This document shows positions 14,375 through 30,923 of a DNA stretch of 64,000 nt, piece by piece; the stretch's first letter is position 1, and each line of letters begins with the position of its first letter. A program made the translations under genes and the position numbers. The stretch is taken from NCBI RefSeq assembly GCF_009914755.1, contig NC_060940.1, one strand, 5' to 3'. The DNA is from the human T2T-CHM13v2.0 reference genome, Homo sapiens. The notes beneath the pieces were generated by a model. It was given only the letters and a program-made list of their open reading frames with translations, was not told the origin of the DNA and did not search any database.

Positions 14375-14873
14375 AACACTTAGTTTGGGATCGCCTCAAA
14401 TCAGAGCCTGGGATACAGACTTATGTGCAGGAACTTATTTGAGAAATGATCCCAGAGAGAAAAAGTGAGGGAGAAGAAGAGCATCTGGAAAATGAAGGAA
14501 GGATGGGTTATCAAAGGCAGCTACTGCTGTGAGTGACTGGTGTTTGATCCCAATCCCTGGGGAAACTACGGAAATGCAACTCAAAACTGTCTTCCTGAAA
14601 AACTAAGGGGGGAACAGTCACTCCCCATTAGTCAAGGGTGGCTCCAAAGCACCAACTCCCAGTATTTTAGGGTTGTGCATGTGAGTGGGCTGCCCTCTCT
14701 CACATCAGAGCTACCTCTGGGTGAAGCAGAGCTAAAGGCAGGGCCCAAGGAACTGCCATCTTCCACATGCAAGAAGTTGATCAAAGTCTGTGTGGATCTG
14801 GCCCTGGCAACAGCAGCTAGGGTATAAAGGGGCCCAGAAGATTTAAAGTGATGTAGAAGAGGTGTTCAATACA
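14375..14873 (-). mobile_element. LTR33-like ERVL LTR
   Basis: cttagtttggg...agagcctggga...tttgagaaatgatccca. Confidence 0.55.
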
Positions 14874-14972
14874 GTGGATTCAATTTCTTTCATGGGATAA
14901 GATATAGGGACCTATGAAGTTGGTTACATCTTGCAGGAGGCAGCAGAGAAAACTCCCAATTAGAGGTCTACA

Positions 14973-15180
14973 CAGTGAAATGCTGGTAAATATTAAATAT
15001 TTTAACAACCAGCCCTAGCGGGGGAAAAAAAGCCCTGCTGTGTAGCATTGGCCAATTTCCACGCTGTAAATACTCCCATCGTGACCAATAGCGGGTTATC
15101 AACATGACATCACTGAATACAGAAGTGGGAAGAGATGTGCACAATCAGCTATCGGAGTCAGTGCCCCATACGTATTCCCT
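14973..15180 (-). mobile_element. MER63A (hAT-Blackjack)
   Basis: cagtgaaatgctggtaaat...ttaacaacc...aaaaagccctg...gtaaatactccca...gggaagagatgtgcacaatc. Confidence 0.8.
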
Positions 15181-15887
15181 GGACTCCAGTTCCACAGAGT
15201 TGGCTGACAATACGATGGCCTGAAGGGCAGATTCCACCAGGCACAGAGCTCACTTTTGCTGGTCTCCTGTGTGCAGAAACCCTGGCTATGTCTGTGTTTG
15301 ACAACCTGGTACAAGATAACTGGGGAAAATCTCAGAACATTGAGAATTTTTTGCTGTGAGGCTATATAAAGAAATCAATATCCAGGCAGAACCTCTCTCA
15401 GCAGCCCTAGGCACCAGGCCTGCCTTAGGTCCATTGCTGTATAATCCTTTTGGTCTCTGTTTTGCTCTCACTTCTTGGACACCCTATGCCCAGCTCAAGT
15501 CCCTCCTATGTACCCCCAGCACTCTATTACTTCCAACACAAAGATATATTTTTTTTATTGTCCATATTTTCCATAAAGCTATAAGCTTCCTAAAAGCAGG
15601 TGTAGACATCATGTTCAGTTTTATATCCCCAACAGTTAATTTACAAGCTCAGTACCCAAAACTTCATAGTTCTCCTCCTCCCCTATCCTGCAGGGAGGAG
15701 TGGTGTCAAGTGCTAGATTTACCCCTGAGCTAGGCAGTTGTGGTCTATCAAAAGCAAAAGCCCTTAGCTATGTTTCTCACCATCCATCATTTTAGTGCCT
15801 GTTTAGAGAGAATCATAATAAAAGCAGAGAGTAGCAGTGAAAGATTGAAATATCCACTTCAGGCAATGATAGAAAAGCCATCAAAAG

Positions 15888-16419
<532 letters not shown>

Positions 16420-16563
16420 GCCATCACAAGCCTCTTCATGATTACAGATAATAGGCCCTGTTGGAGTTCAGAAAAAGCCAAGAACACTTCCCGAAGCTGC
16501 AGAAGAAGAGGTGCTCATTGTAGGATCGCCATGACCTGTCAGTGGCTCAAGACAGGAAAAGGA

Positions 16564-17145
<582 letters not shown>

Positions 17146-17285
17146 GACATGAAAGACAAAAACTTAAACAGCTTTTGAAAATTAGGTGATGATATTCTGT
17201 CATAAGCTATATATTTCTTCTAAATCTTACCTCCTCTGCACTTCTTTTCCTTGCCTCTCTGCAGTAAGGATTATAAAGATTTCTT

Positions 17286-17780
<495 letters not shown>

Positions 17781-18239
17781 GCCTGCATACATTCCTGCCC
17801 TTCAACCCAGTCCAGCCTGCTCGCCCTCCCTTCTTGCCTCGTAAGAACGGCTCCTGCGAGAACACCACAGGCCTATAGAAGAATTCAGTTTGAAACCACT
17901 TTTCAAGAATGTGACAACAGCCAAATTGCTAGAGAGGGCAGTTTTAGGAAACTTCTCATTTCTCTTTAGAAAACAAGAATGCCCTTTAAGGTGAAATTCA
18001 ATTAGAGTTGGAATATTATTTGCAAACATATGAATTATTCTCATAAGGGAAAAAGGCATCCCTGAAGTCCTACTTGATTCCCTAAGACTCTGGCTAGGGC
18101 CCCAGAACCTGATGTGTAAGCATGGATAGCATGTCTGCTTTGAGGAAAGAGAAAATGAAAACTTGGGAAATGGCAGCTGCTCTTTTTCTCGTGAAGGGAC
18201 ATTTCACAGATGTCCAGTTAAAGCTAAAAAACGAGCCTC

Positions 18240-18735
<496 letters not shown>

Positions 18736-18749
18736 GTCAGTGCATCATC

Positions 18750-18970
18750 ATAATTATTAGACATTTGTTCAGTATGTGCTATATGCCAGGCATTCTAAGA
18801 GCATTACGACAGTACATCTTTAAACAACCCCATAAGATGCAATTGCTATCCCCATTTTAATAGATGAGGCAAAAGAATAGAGAGATTAAATAACTTTCCC
18901 AGAGTCACATTGCTAACAAGTGGCACAGCAGGGATCTGAACCCATGCAACCTTGCTTGTAACCACTACAT
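18750..18970 (-). mobile_element. MIR
   Basis: tatgccaggcattctaag...ctatccccattttaatagatgagg...aagtggcacagcagggatctgaaccc. Confidence 0.85.
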
Positions 18971-19334
18971 GCAAACATTTACTATCATCCCACAGGCAGG
19001 GACCCAGAACTGGTTTGCAGTAACCTGCCAGTGTACACCAACTGTACCACCCAGTAAGACCAGTGTTCAAACCAGAATCCTAGCTGATTCACAATGAAAA
19101 ACATAACCTCCATCTCAGAAGTGCAATATCGTTGGTTATCCCAGTGTCCCAGTTGGGAAGAAAAAGGAAAATACACATTGTAAGCAGCCAAGGTCCTTGG
19201 TTATGATAAGGGAGCAGCAAAACAATGAGGTGATTGGTGGCTTTAATTACTTGATCATTTTCCCCTACTATCAGCCCTGGGGAGACCAGACCTTCTCATC
19301 CTGTGGCATAGTGTCCTGTGGGGTACTAAGGATT

Positions 19335-19970
19335 CAGTACTTCTCTTAAATTCATAAAAACAGGCCCCTGCCCAAGGCCCTGGGCTTCATAGGACCCTAT
19401 ATGGACCCTCCCTCGGCCTCACCCTTGCTATTCTACAAGGCCAAGAGGATATAGGCCTATCCAAGACTTCAGCATCCCCTGACCAAATGGCCCTGAGCCC
19501 TCTTGCAGTGTCTTCACAAGCTTCTTTTCTAGGCCATCCTCCTGTGGGTCAAATGTGCCACCAGATTGCACTTCCCAAAGCCTGAGGAGTGGCTGTTTGT
19601 GGGAGGTGGGGAAGGAGCTTGCACGTGCAGACTCTGGGTCCACACGAGTGTACACAAGGCACCCCAAGGGGATGGATGGGGCTGAGATATGAAGAAAGGG
19701 ACTCCCCAGGGAGTGGGGTCAGCTGTCCTCACTCCCCACCTCTGGCATAGAACTCGGGAGGATGAGAATTCCAAATGGGAACCTGGTCCTCCTGGGCTTG
19801 ATGATGGTGTATTTGTCAAGGGAGGAGGATAGAAATAGTTCACTTAAAACAAACTGACGGTATGTTAGGTTGATTTATGTCCACTGAATATTTAGACATA
19901 TGACACATGGGCCCACATTTGTACTCTTTGTAGTCTCATCTTGGACCCCACAATATAAGGGGTGGGCCCA
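19335..19970 (-). mobile_element. MER115 (hAT-Tip100)
   Basis: cagtac...ggcccctgccc...ccaaatggccctgagccc...atttgtcaagg...aatatttagacatatg...catttgtactctt...ggggtgggcc. Confidence 0.75.
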
Positions 19971-20331
19971 CCATACCTCTTCAGTTCCTCTAAGGCAGTG
20001 TGACATAGTAGAAAGACAAACATTCAGTACACATTTACAGAATGCCTACATTTTACCATGAGCTGCCTAGAAAGAGTCAAGCCTGAGTTAAAGTCCTGAC
20101 TCTACCACTTCCCAGCATAAGTGAGTTCTCTTTAGTTGTTTTCAACATCAGTTGCCTTATCAGTAAAGTGGGGTTGATCACCCTCAGCAAGATACCATCA
20201 AGGTAGGGGTGAAGTTAACATAAGTAAAGCGCCTGGGATTGAGTCTTTCATATAATATGAGTTCAATAAACAAAATAACATGATGAAAAACACAACAGAA
20301 ATGGGAAAATGTTAATAATGGTTGAGGCTGA

Positions 20332-20508
<177 letters not shown>

Positions 20509-20636
20509 TAGAATGAAATTTTAAAAATTAAACATAGCATCCAATTTCAACTGGCTTATTCTCACTGGCAAGGCAAACATGTTGCTATTTCTCCTATTGT
20601 AAAGTATCTCTTGACCTCACCCCACCTGATAGCTAT

Positions 20637-21016
20637 TGCCTTAGTCTGCTCAAGATGCTTGAACAAAAAAACAAAGACTGTGTGCTTAAACAGCAGATGT
20701 TTCTTTCCCACAGTTCTGGAGGCTCGCAAGTTCAAGATCAAGGTACTAGCAGATTTTGTGCTTGGTGAGGGCTCTCTTCTTGGCCTGTAGATGGCCGTCT
20801 TCTCACTGCTTCCTCATATGGCAGAGACAGGAAGTTATGGTTTTTCTTCTTCTTCTTCTAAGGGCATCAATCCCATCTCGAAGGCTTCATCCTCATTACT
20901 TTATCTAAACTTAACGCCCTCCCAAAGGCCTCACCCCCTAATACCATCACATCAGGTGTTACGGCTTCAACATATGCATTTGCGGGGGTGGGGTCATAGG
21001 CATTCAGTCTATAGCA
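20637..21016 (-). mobile_element. MLT1A0-like MaLR LTR
   Basis: tgccttagtctgctc...cagttctggaggc...cattcagtctatagca; TSD gctat/gcttt. Confidence 0.88.
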
Positions 21017-21078
21017 GCTTTTGCTGTTTCTCCGATCCCCTTTGCTACAAAACATTTAGAAAGAGTTGTCTATGCTTT

Positions 21079-21261
21079 ATTTGGATTAAATGATTTAATT
21101 TTAATTTCATTTGAAAGTAATATTTTTATTGTGGCAAAAACACATAAACGTACTGTCTTAAATTTTTAAGTGTATAGCACACTGTTAACTATATACACAA
21201 TATTATATAACACATCTCTGTAACGTTTTTGTCTTGCAACTCTAAAACTCTATACCCATTG
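21079..21261 (-). mobile_element. 5'-truncated L1MA-type 3' end inserted in an L2 relic
   Basis: Perfect 16-bp TSD gagttgtctatgcttt 21063-21078 / 21262-21277; aaaactctatacccattg. Confidence 0.8.
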
Positions 21262-22499
21262 GAGTTGTCTATGCTTTTTGTCTCTAATTCTTTCCTTCTA
21301 TTCTCATTTAAATTTAGTCCAAGCAAACTCCTGCCCCCACATTCTACCAAACCCACTCTTGTCAAAGTCAACAGGGACCCCCCTCCCCCAACAAAGTTAA
21401 ATCCAGTGATCAGCTCTCGATCCTCATCATCTTGATACAGAGACCCCCCTCCCTCTACTATGATGCTTCCTTCAGTTGGCTTCTAGGATGCCCTTCCTTG
21501 CTTGTTAGTCTCCATTGTTGGTTCTTCTCCTTGACCGCTTTATCTTGCAATGTCCCAGGGCTCCGTCCTTGGGACTCCACTCTGGGACATGTTGGCATCT
21601 GGACTGGGCCAGGTTATTCTTTGACATGGTTGGAGGGGGACAGTCTATGCATAAATGTGTATTGTAACAAAGGCCAGGAGCTGCCTAAGACAATATTGGA
21701 CATCAGATATAAACAGTAAGTTTAAGATCCTAGTCAGACATAGAATTAGGACATAAAAATACAATAAATTTGGGGATGTAAGTTAGGGGAGGTGAAAGAG
21801 CCAGGACCAACTCTACGAACCTCATGAGGATATGCAGGGCTCCCTCTTGGTAGAGAGGCTCTTATTCAGCAACAACATTGACTGATAAAATGCCTGAAGG
21901 CTGCCTTATTTTCTCAAGCTCTTTGGTCATCTGTTCTTTTGAAAACCAAAGCCACTCACTCACACAGCAAGTATTCAGAGAGCTTTTACTGCAGCCCAGA
22001 ATCACATTAGACAATCTGAATTACAAAATAGATGCAGCGTATGCTGGAGCTGGCTCATACCAGCTCACAAGAGCCAATTGTTAAATAATCAGGAATTTTG
22101 TGAGCCAGTCATTCAACAAAACTATTATAGTTATTAAATTATATAAACTAATGATTTAAAATATGTATTAAAAACAAATGGAATAATCATTTATAACTTA
22201 CAACTTTTTAGTTATATTCTCATTTGGCTATCTATGCTTTTGAGGTTGTATGCATTCATTGTACCTGTATGGTGGAGTACTATAAAATAGCATTACCATG
22301 CATTGTGTCCCAACCCCACTTTCAGTTATGTCATTTTGGTAATTTGAAAATCAGCCATGGTGTGAGCATTCACACCAAAGAAATCAGCAAACGCTACAAT
22401 CCGGGCTTGATTTATCACTTGGTTTATTGTGTAGATGAAAGAAAGTAATGGAAAAAAATGTAAATAACGCAAATTAAACTTGAAAATACACCACGTATA

Positions 22500-23172
<673 letters not shown>

Positions 23173-23329
23173 TTACAGTAAAGAGTATTGTATATTTTTA
23201 TTACCATTCGTAAATTGTGTACTACACATCCTCTATGTCAGTAAAAAATTATCATAAATGTATGCATATACGGATTTTTTCAGAGAGTCAGTTATTAAAC
23301 ATTTATCCGCACACCAGTGGCTGTGAGCA

Positions 23330-23690
23330 TGATCTTGATACACAGATGTTTAGAGTCCATCTGGGGGGAAACAAATGGTATGGATAAAATAAGAATTAGA
23401 GGACAAGGCAGTATATGACATTGTTTAGTGTAGGGAAATGTCACAGAAGGCCTGTGAGTTGGTCTACCTATTTGTGAGTCACCAAGAAGGCTTCCCCAGA
23501 GGAGTGGGACTTGAGCAAAACCTTGAAGGAAGTGCATGGGTTAAAACTGCATAAGGAAAGGCCTAGAGGCAGGAGGCCCTGTTGTTGGTGTTCCATCACT
23601 ACAGCAATTGCAAGACCAAGCCTGTGGGAATGAATGAACCAATGGAGAACTAATGGCAAGTGAGGTTGGCTAGAAGACGGAGCCAGATAG
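23330..23690 (-). mobile_element. L2 fragment
   Basis: gaaggcttccccagaggagtgggacttgagc...cttgaagga. Confidence 0.55.
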
Positions 23691-23699
23691 AGGGTCTCA

Positions 23700-24118
23700 C
23701 AAAGCAGCAGCTGACCCTGAGACAGAGAATCATATACAAGATGTGTATTTGGGACCCCAGAACACACTGGTGGAAGAGATGGGAAAGTTAGACGAGGAAG
23801 GGAAGACAACTCCTGCGAAGTGCATTGTCAAGCCAGCTACTCCTGTGGGTAAATGAAGGCTAATCCTACTGGGGCGCTATGAGAAGCAGTGCACAACACC
23901 CAGCTCGGATGAGGAGCTGGCATACTTAAGCATCAACTCCCAAAAGTCATTCATTGAGAGCTGTTCTGGGAATGCGGAACATTAATTCCCTGGCACTTCT
24001 GGCCTGCTGTGCAGGCAGCATCAGCAAGAGAAAGCCTTCAGACGAAGAAATGGGGGTAGTAGCACGGTAGGGTCTGTACGAAAGGGGGCCAAGGGCAGGG
24101 AAATCACAACCTCTGCTG
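23700..24118 (-). mobile_element. LTR33 (ERVL)
   Basis: gaccctgagaca...catcaactcc...gtcattcattgagagctg...ttaattccctggcacttctggcctgctgtgc...agaaagccttcag. Confidence 0.75.
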
Positions 24119-24384
24119 TAATTCCTGGAAGTCAGTTTGGGTTTCGTGCACTCAACAGTGGGGACTCACTGTGTGTTCTTGAGCAAAGAAGTGTCCTTGG
24201 AAATGCTGCCTCCTCTAGAACTCTCCCTGCAACAGCGTCCTTACAACATGGTATGGCGCAAGGGGCTCAGGTTCAGAAGATCAGAATTCAGGCCCTACCT
24301 GAGCCACGAAGTAGCTGTATCGTTGTGAAGCTCTTGTCTTCTCCGCTTTTGTAAAACAGGAATATTACTACTCTCTCTCCACTG

Positions 24385-24530
24385 GGTTTTTTGTTTTTGT
24401 TTTTAATTTTTGTTTATTTGTTGTTTTAGAGATGGAGTCTTAATATGTTGACCAGGCTGGTCTCAAACTCTTGGCCTCAAGCAATTCTCCCCAGTCGCTG
24501 GGACTACAGGCTTGCAACATTGTGCTTTGC
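24385..24530 (-). mobile_element. FLAM-type Alu monomer inside a MIR (about 24245-24590, +)
   Basis: agagatggagtct...caggctggtctcaaactcttggcctcaagcaattctcc. Confidence 0.85.
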
Positions 24531-25272
24531 TCCCATTAAGTTGTTCTGAGCGTTAAAAATATACATAAGAGCGTTTTGTAAATTGTTATTTTGTTATTTT
24601 TATCACCTATAGAATGTCAAAGAAAGAATGAGGTTCTCTAAAGAATCTATGCTGGAATCGTCTTTTGTCATTGCTTTTTAAATTTACTCCTACAGGGAGC
24701 CTCCTTATACTACACTGCGCTTTGCTCTTTTTTTTTTTTTTTCCTAAGTCAGACACATCTTCAAAGCAACCCCTGTCATTCTCCCACTTTGTTGTTGGCA
24801 AAGAGTGCCCTCTGATTAGTAGCGATTGCACTCATGGTAATATTAGTCATTTTCACAGCAACAGCCATGCCAGTTGGGAGTTCTAATAGACATTGTTTTG
24901 ACTTCTAAAAAAATCATCTTTGTGTATTACTTCGGTGATCAAAGTTTATTATTCATCCACCAGCACTTGAAGGATTTAGATAAGAGATATTGTTGAGTTA
25001 ATTTGTCCCTTGGCCTAATGGAGCCTCTGAAATATAAGCTAGATTCTCAGAGTCACCATGAAAGCCTCACTTCATTAATTGAAGACCAATCTAGAGAGAC
25101 GATAAGAGGGGAGAAAAAGAAATCTAAGCTCATCTTCCCAGTTAGCAGTAAGACAAGAGACAGGAGGTAGGACCAGAAGGGGAGAAAAATTGGAAGCAAC
25201 GAAAAAGGAAGGGGCAAGCCATCCTGAGCTCTAAGATGTAGCCATTATGTGGAAAGGCATAGCTGTGCTCCA

Positions 25273-25289
25273 TAATTTCCCGGAAATTA
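25273..25289. promoter_or_regulatory. Palindromic STAT GAS motif (candidate)
   Basis: TAATTTCC-C-GGAAATTA, core TTCCCGGAA 25277-25285; motif only, no functional evidence. Confidence 0.4.
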
Positions 25290-27050
25290 CCTTTTATTAA
25301 AGTACTGCCCTTAACCACATTACCTTTAATATTGAAAAATAAAAATTGCTAAAGGAACTCAGGTTTCAGTGCAAATGTAACAGAGATAATTAAATTCATC
25401 CTAATTCAGTCCCAATGATTCCTGTTCAACTTCAAATCATTGCAATTAAGAAAGCACTTTTTCATTCAGCTCAGAGAATAAACCATAGTTTCTTTATGTT
25501 TTGATTTGTTTGTAGCTGCCATTAATAGCCAGTTTACAGGGCTACAGATAAGAAAACGGAGACTCGAAAGAACTGGTAGAGGATGGAGTAGCGATTAAGA
25601 TTCTATCTGAATAATCTAAGGTTCCCTCCACTCTGCTGCCTTGCCTTTCTGGTTCCAGTAAATTCCAGAGAATGTAAGAGAGATTATTACCAAAGTACAC
25701 TAAAGAGGAATAAGGAGAGTGTATGATTTCTTCTGCCTTTGAGGGGAAGATACATGATTTACAAGGATTCTGAATCCCCAGACCTCCCTGGTCTTTGCTT
25801 AGGGGAGCCCCAGAGATGGAAATCAGTTGAAGCCAGACACTGAAGTTCTGTATATGCAAGACTCTCAAGGTCTGGGCTGCCCCTTCCCTTCACCCTAGGA
25901 AAACATCAATTATTCGTCCCCCAACTAGGCAGGGAAATAGGGAAAGAAAGAGCAGAGACACAGCCTGAATCTTTTCTATCAAAAAGAAACAGTTTGAAGA
26001 ATTCCATATCCAATAAATGTGTGAATGGGGAGGTGTCGGGATGCAAATTAAAGGCATTAAGGAACTTGCTAATTGGCTCAAGAAACTGGAAGTTTCTCTC
26101 ACTGACACTCACCAGCTGGCCCAGCAAGCTGTTTATTCTGTGGTGTCTCAGAGGCCAGGAAAAGGTGATACAGTGAGCCCAATAAGCTAAGTACTGATTC
26201 AAAGATTTAGAAACATTTTTCTTATTACATCCCAATTAATGGTGCTACCATCCGTGCAGGAAACCAAGGTAGAAAGTTCTCCTCAGCAGGCACATATTCA
26301 AACACATATATCTTTCCTTCTTCCCCCCAAAAGTCTCTTGAATCTAGTCCTTTCTCTTCATTCCACAGGGCCTGCTGTAATTCCACCCACCATCATCCTG
26401 CCGTTAGACTCCTTCACTGGCCACCTGTCTCCCTCCCTCCTTGTCCCCTTCCTCAACCCTTGCTCTCCTCATGTCGCTGTGATCAACACTAGAATGTCAG
26501 GCCCCAGTGTCTGCTGGGAGGGTGCGACCCATTTGGCTGATCCATGCTGTAAGGAGGATGGAAAAATACCATCTTCCAATTGGTTCTCAATATCCAGCTT
26601 CATCCCGGAAACTGTAAGTTTAATATGGAAAGGCAATGAATGCATCAGCCCTCCCAAGCTGATCATTCCTAAATCTTACTTTGCCCATTTTTCTCCTCCT
26701 TCCAACTCTGAGCTCCCTGGAGGAAGGAGCCTTCCCTTATTGATCTCAAGGTTCAGAACGCATAGCAGAACACCCAGCCTAAGATAGGCTCCCAGTAAAT
26801 GTTTGTTCAGTAGAATAAGTTCTCTCTCTCCTGAGCTTACCATGGCTATTAGTTAAAATTAAGTTGCTCAGGAAGCAGGCACCATCCATCATTCCTTCCT
26901 ATCTAGCTTCTTGTTTATTCAAGAGAGTCGTGGCTATGTAAACAGTGCTGAGGCATTCTGCAGTAGAGGCTGTGCCAATAGGGGAGAGGAAGTGCATTGA
27001 ATCCAACTAGGCACTAATGAAAGGCTGAAAGTCCTTCTGGAGTTTTGAGG

Positions 27051-27120
27051 GTGTGTGTGTGTGCATGTGTGTGCATGCATGTGTGTGCACGCATGTGTGC
27101 ATGTGCATGTGTGTGTGTGT
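27051..27120. repeat. 70-bp alternating purine-pyrimidine (TG/TGCA) tract
   Basis: Uninterrupted RY alternation. Confidence 0.9.
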
Positions 27121-27731
27121 TTCAGCAGCTTTCTCTGCAACCTAGGTGTCCGGGGAAAACAGAGAGCCCCTTGTGCTTCCTGATTTGCAAACCAGACCGG
27201 TGCCTTTCATTGACAGGTGTTGTGCCTAGACCAGGATGCTGTTTTGATTGGAAAGGATGCTGGACTGATTAGTTGAAACAAAACATTCTCCAATTAACAG
27301 AAATAGAAGCTGGAGCTGGAATGTGAAGTGTTCAGCAACAGTGTTGCCAGGCAGCCTATTTAAAATTAATTAGAGGTAGAGATACATGGAACTGAAAAAC
27401 ACCACCCGCTTCCCTGCTTAAGAGAGCTGGGGTAGGATGAATGATGTGGGAATTTGCAAGCGTTACTGAGCGAGTCTGAACTGCCTTCTCAGATCCCATT
27501 TTTTCAATTGGTGGCTCTCATGCAGATGAGTGAGTCAATGTGTGAAATAGAGGAGAGATGACTGTGATAGAGAAGGACAAAGAAATTACAAAATATCCCT
27601 CGCTTTCTAAATGCCCTTAGCTCCTGAGTTTGCAGAGCAAGAATTCAGAAATTGAGAATTCACAGAGCAAGAGATACCTATTACTATTAATAAAGGTTCA
27701 GTATATCTCATTTATCTAAAAAACAAACCTT

Positions 27732-28022
<291 letters not shown>

Positions 28023-28515
28023 AAAATCAAACCGTATCCGGATACAAACAAAATTCCAGAAGGAAAAGCAAAGTGATTGCTGTAAGGATTGCACAGAGCT
28101 GCCAAGCATTCACCCATTCAAACAGGACCTAGTCAGTCCCTGGAAACTTTTGCTTTTCATTCAAGTCTGGCCATTGCAAATCTTGGCTGTGTCTAATCTG
28201 ATCTGGTGTGAGTTACGAATGTTCAAAAGGTGGAGGAAACTGATAGAGGCAGGTCCATTTAAAACTGCCAGAAGTGATAGCCTGTATCCCAGCAATGCAG
28301 GAGAAGGAAGCAGATGAGACCTCCAAAATGCCCTCTCAAGGACTCAGCGACACATAGCTGCCATTTTTAGTAGGAACAAAACAACTCCACACACCTCATC
28401 AGCATTTGAAAACACCCCCTGAATTATACTTAGAAGACTGAATATCGAAATATGTATGTGTTCATATGTCAATATATGTATATGAATGTATATAATATAT
28501 AAATGTGTGTGGATA

Positions 28516-28855
28516 TAGTCATGCTCTGTATAATGACATTTCAGTCCACAGACGTTTGCTTAAGACAGTGATCCCATAAAATTCTAATACCATATTTTTA
28601 CTGTACCTTTTGTATGTTGATGTGTTTAGATACATGCTTACCATTGGGTTACAATTGCTTACAGTATTCAGTCCAGTAACATGCTGTACAGATTTGTAGT
28701 CTAGGAGCAATAAACTGTACCATACGGCCTAGGTGTATGGTAGGCTATACCGTCAAGGTTTGTGTAAGTTCACTCTATGATGTTCACACAATAACAAAAC
28801 CCCCTAACCATGCATTTCTCAGAATGTATCCTCATCATTAGGTGTCATATGACTG
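28516..28855 (+). mobile_element. Tigger3a (Golem) TcMar MITE
   Basis: agtcatg...taatgacatttcagtc...catgctgtacagatttgtagtctaggagcaata...catttctcagaatgtatcc...atgactg. Confidence 0.85.
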
Positions 28856-29646
28856 TGTGTGTGTGTGTGTGTAGTGTGTATGTGCATATATACACACACA
28901 TACATACATACATACATGTAGATAATTCATCAGAAGTTAACACAAATATCCATTTCATTAGATCAGCAGTGGCAAATCAGCTTTATCTCATTTGCCAGTT
29001 TCATTGCCTCGAAGGGCTACCTGGAAATCTGTTTGCACAAGGACTCTGATGCCAAATCTTATCTTAATGGTAAGAAGGGCCATTACTGACAGGAATAGCA
29101 TCATGGGGCTGGGCAAGGAAGCAAGCCAGTCTTTCTTTCCAGCTGGAATAAGCCATAGCCCAAGAACACTGTAAATCGGGACTATTCCTCTGACTCCTCA
29201 TGGAATTGCTTTTACTGAACAATATGTTGACATTCCCCTATCTTTGCACTGAGACGTGTTGCATTAAGAAGCAGCTCTATTGTGTATCTCATACGGGTGC
29301 TTGATAACTTTATCCATGGAAGTGACTCTCCTTTAGGAGAACCCATGGAAGAAATACATCCAGTGGGAGAGAAAACTATTTCTCTTGAGAAATGTGTTTG
29401 TTCTGATCTTCTGGGGACCACAGATCCTTTAATTAGTTACATTCCTATTTTTGCATCGGCTGTGGAAGTCAGATATGCACTCTCCTGTAAACCTATGCAG
29501 GACCTTTCGTATCTATTTTATCTGTTCCTCTTACCTGTGACTTAATTTTATGTCTCTACTAATATTTTCCCTTTGTCCTAATTTGGTCACTTTATTTGTG
29601 ACTTTTAGGCACTTGTACTAAGTCACCTCAAATCCTACTTGAATAA

Positions 29647-29972
<326 letters not shown>

Positions 29973-30584
29973 ACATATACTTTAGAAAAACCTTTTTTTC
30001 AGGTTAGCACCTACTGAGACAAGTTACTTTCTGGAAAATTTAAGCATGTGGAATATTTTATTTCATAAATGAAGAATCTCTCGCTGTGTGAGTTTGGGAT
30101 GGCGGGCGGGGGTGGAGGGGCAGTGTCTGTATGTGTCTCTGTGTATCTGTGTCTATGTCTGCGTGTACAAATGCATGTACAACATCCATGTGGTTCTTAT
30201 TAGGTCTTGGAATTAAAAGGTACTCTGTTCAAGCTGAGTTTCTCAGAGCCACAGAATTATAGTAATTACCAAGGCCAGTTCCATCAAGGCAGCAGAGTCA
30301 CACACGTTTCAAATGAACAGACAAAGGGAGCCTAAGCCACTGTTAGAAATGTGCTGCTTATTAATGGCTGCAAAGGAAAATTCTTTTCCTGCCTTGGCCT
30401 CAGAATGCAAGGAGATTAATTCTTAACAATGAAAAGACAGGCAGCTGTCAGCGGCTTGTCACAGCTGGGCATGTGATGAAGAGAGAGGTGCTGTGACATG
30501 TGCCAGCAAGGACAGGACTTATGCAGTGGAGAAGTAGGGAAACAGCCTCGAAAATAGGGCAAAGGGAGAGGACGGTATTAAAGT

Positions 30585-30770
30585 GAATGCCACTCTATGT
30601 GCCTGGCAGTGTTTTAGGCACTTTTTAGAAATTCCCTTTAAGCTTGCACACTCCCAAACGCTTCCCATTTGATGGATAAAAACGGTGAGGAACAGAGGGC
30701 TGAAACCCCCTCCCCGTGGAGCCAGGATTTAAACCTAAGTTTGCCTGACTTTCCAACCCATGCCACTCTC
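30585..30770 (-). mobile_element. MIR
   Basis: tatgtgcctggcagtgttttaggcactt...gagccaggatttaaacctaag. Confidence 0.65.
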
Positions 30771-30777
30771 ACTGTGC

Positions 30778-30923
30778 CAGTGGCCCTCAAAGTGTGCACT
30801 GTGAACCACCTGAGTTGGAATTCCTGGGGAGCTTTATAATGCAGATTCCGGGACCTCAACCCAGACCTGTTTGTTCAATCTTCGTTGACGTCTACAAGCA
30901 CTAAATCTTCAGAGCCACCACTG
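30778..30923. mobile_element. MER5A-type hAT MITE
   Basis: cagtggccctcaaagtgtg...aatgcagattccgggacctcaacccagacct...ccaccactg. Confidence 0.7.

Noticed and set aside
26239-26787. 182-aa ORF
   Set aside because: Pro/Ser/Leu-rich translation of pyrimidine-rich L2-like sequence, with no domain or splice support.
30430-30510. E-box/MEIS motif cluster (CAGCTG x2, TGTCA)
   Set aside because: Short common motifs; cannot be supported without conservation or chromatin data.
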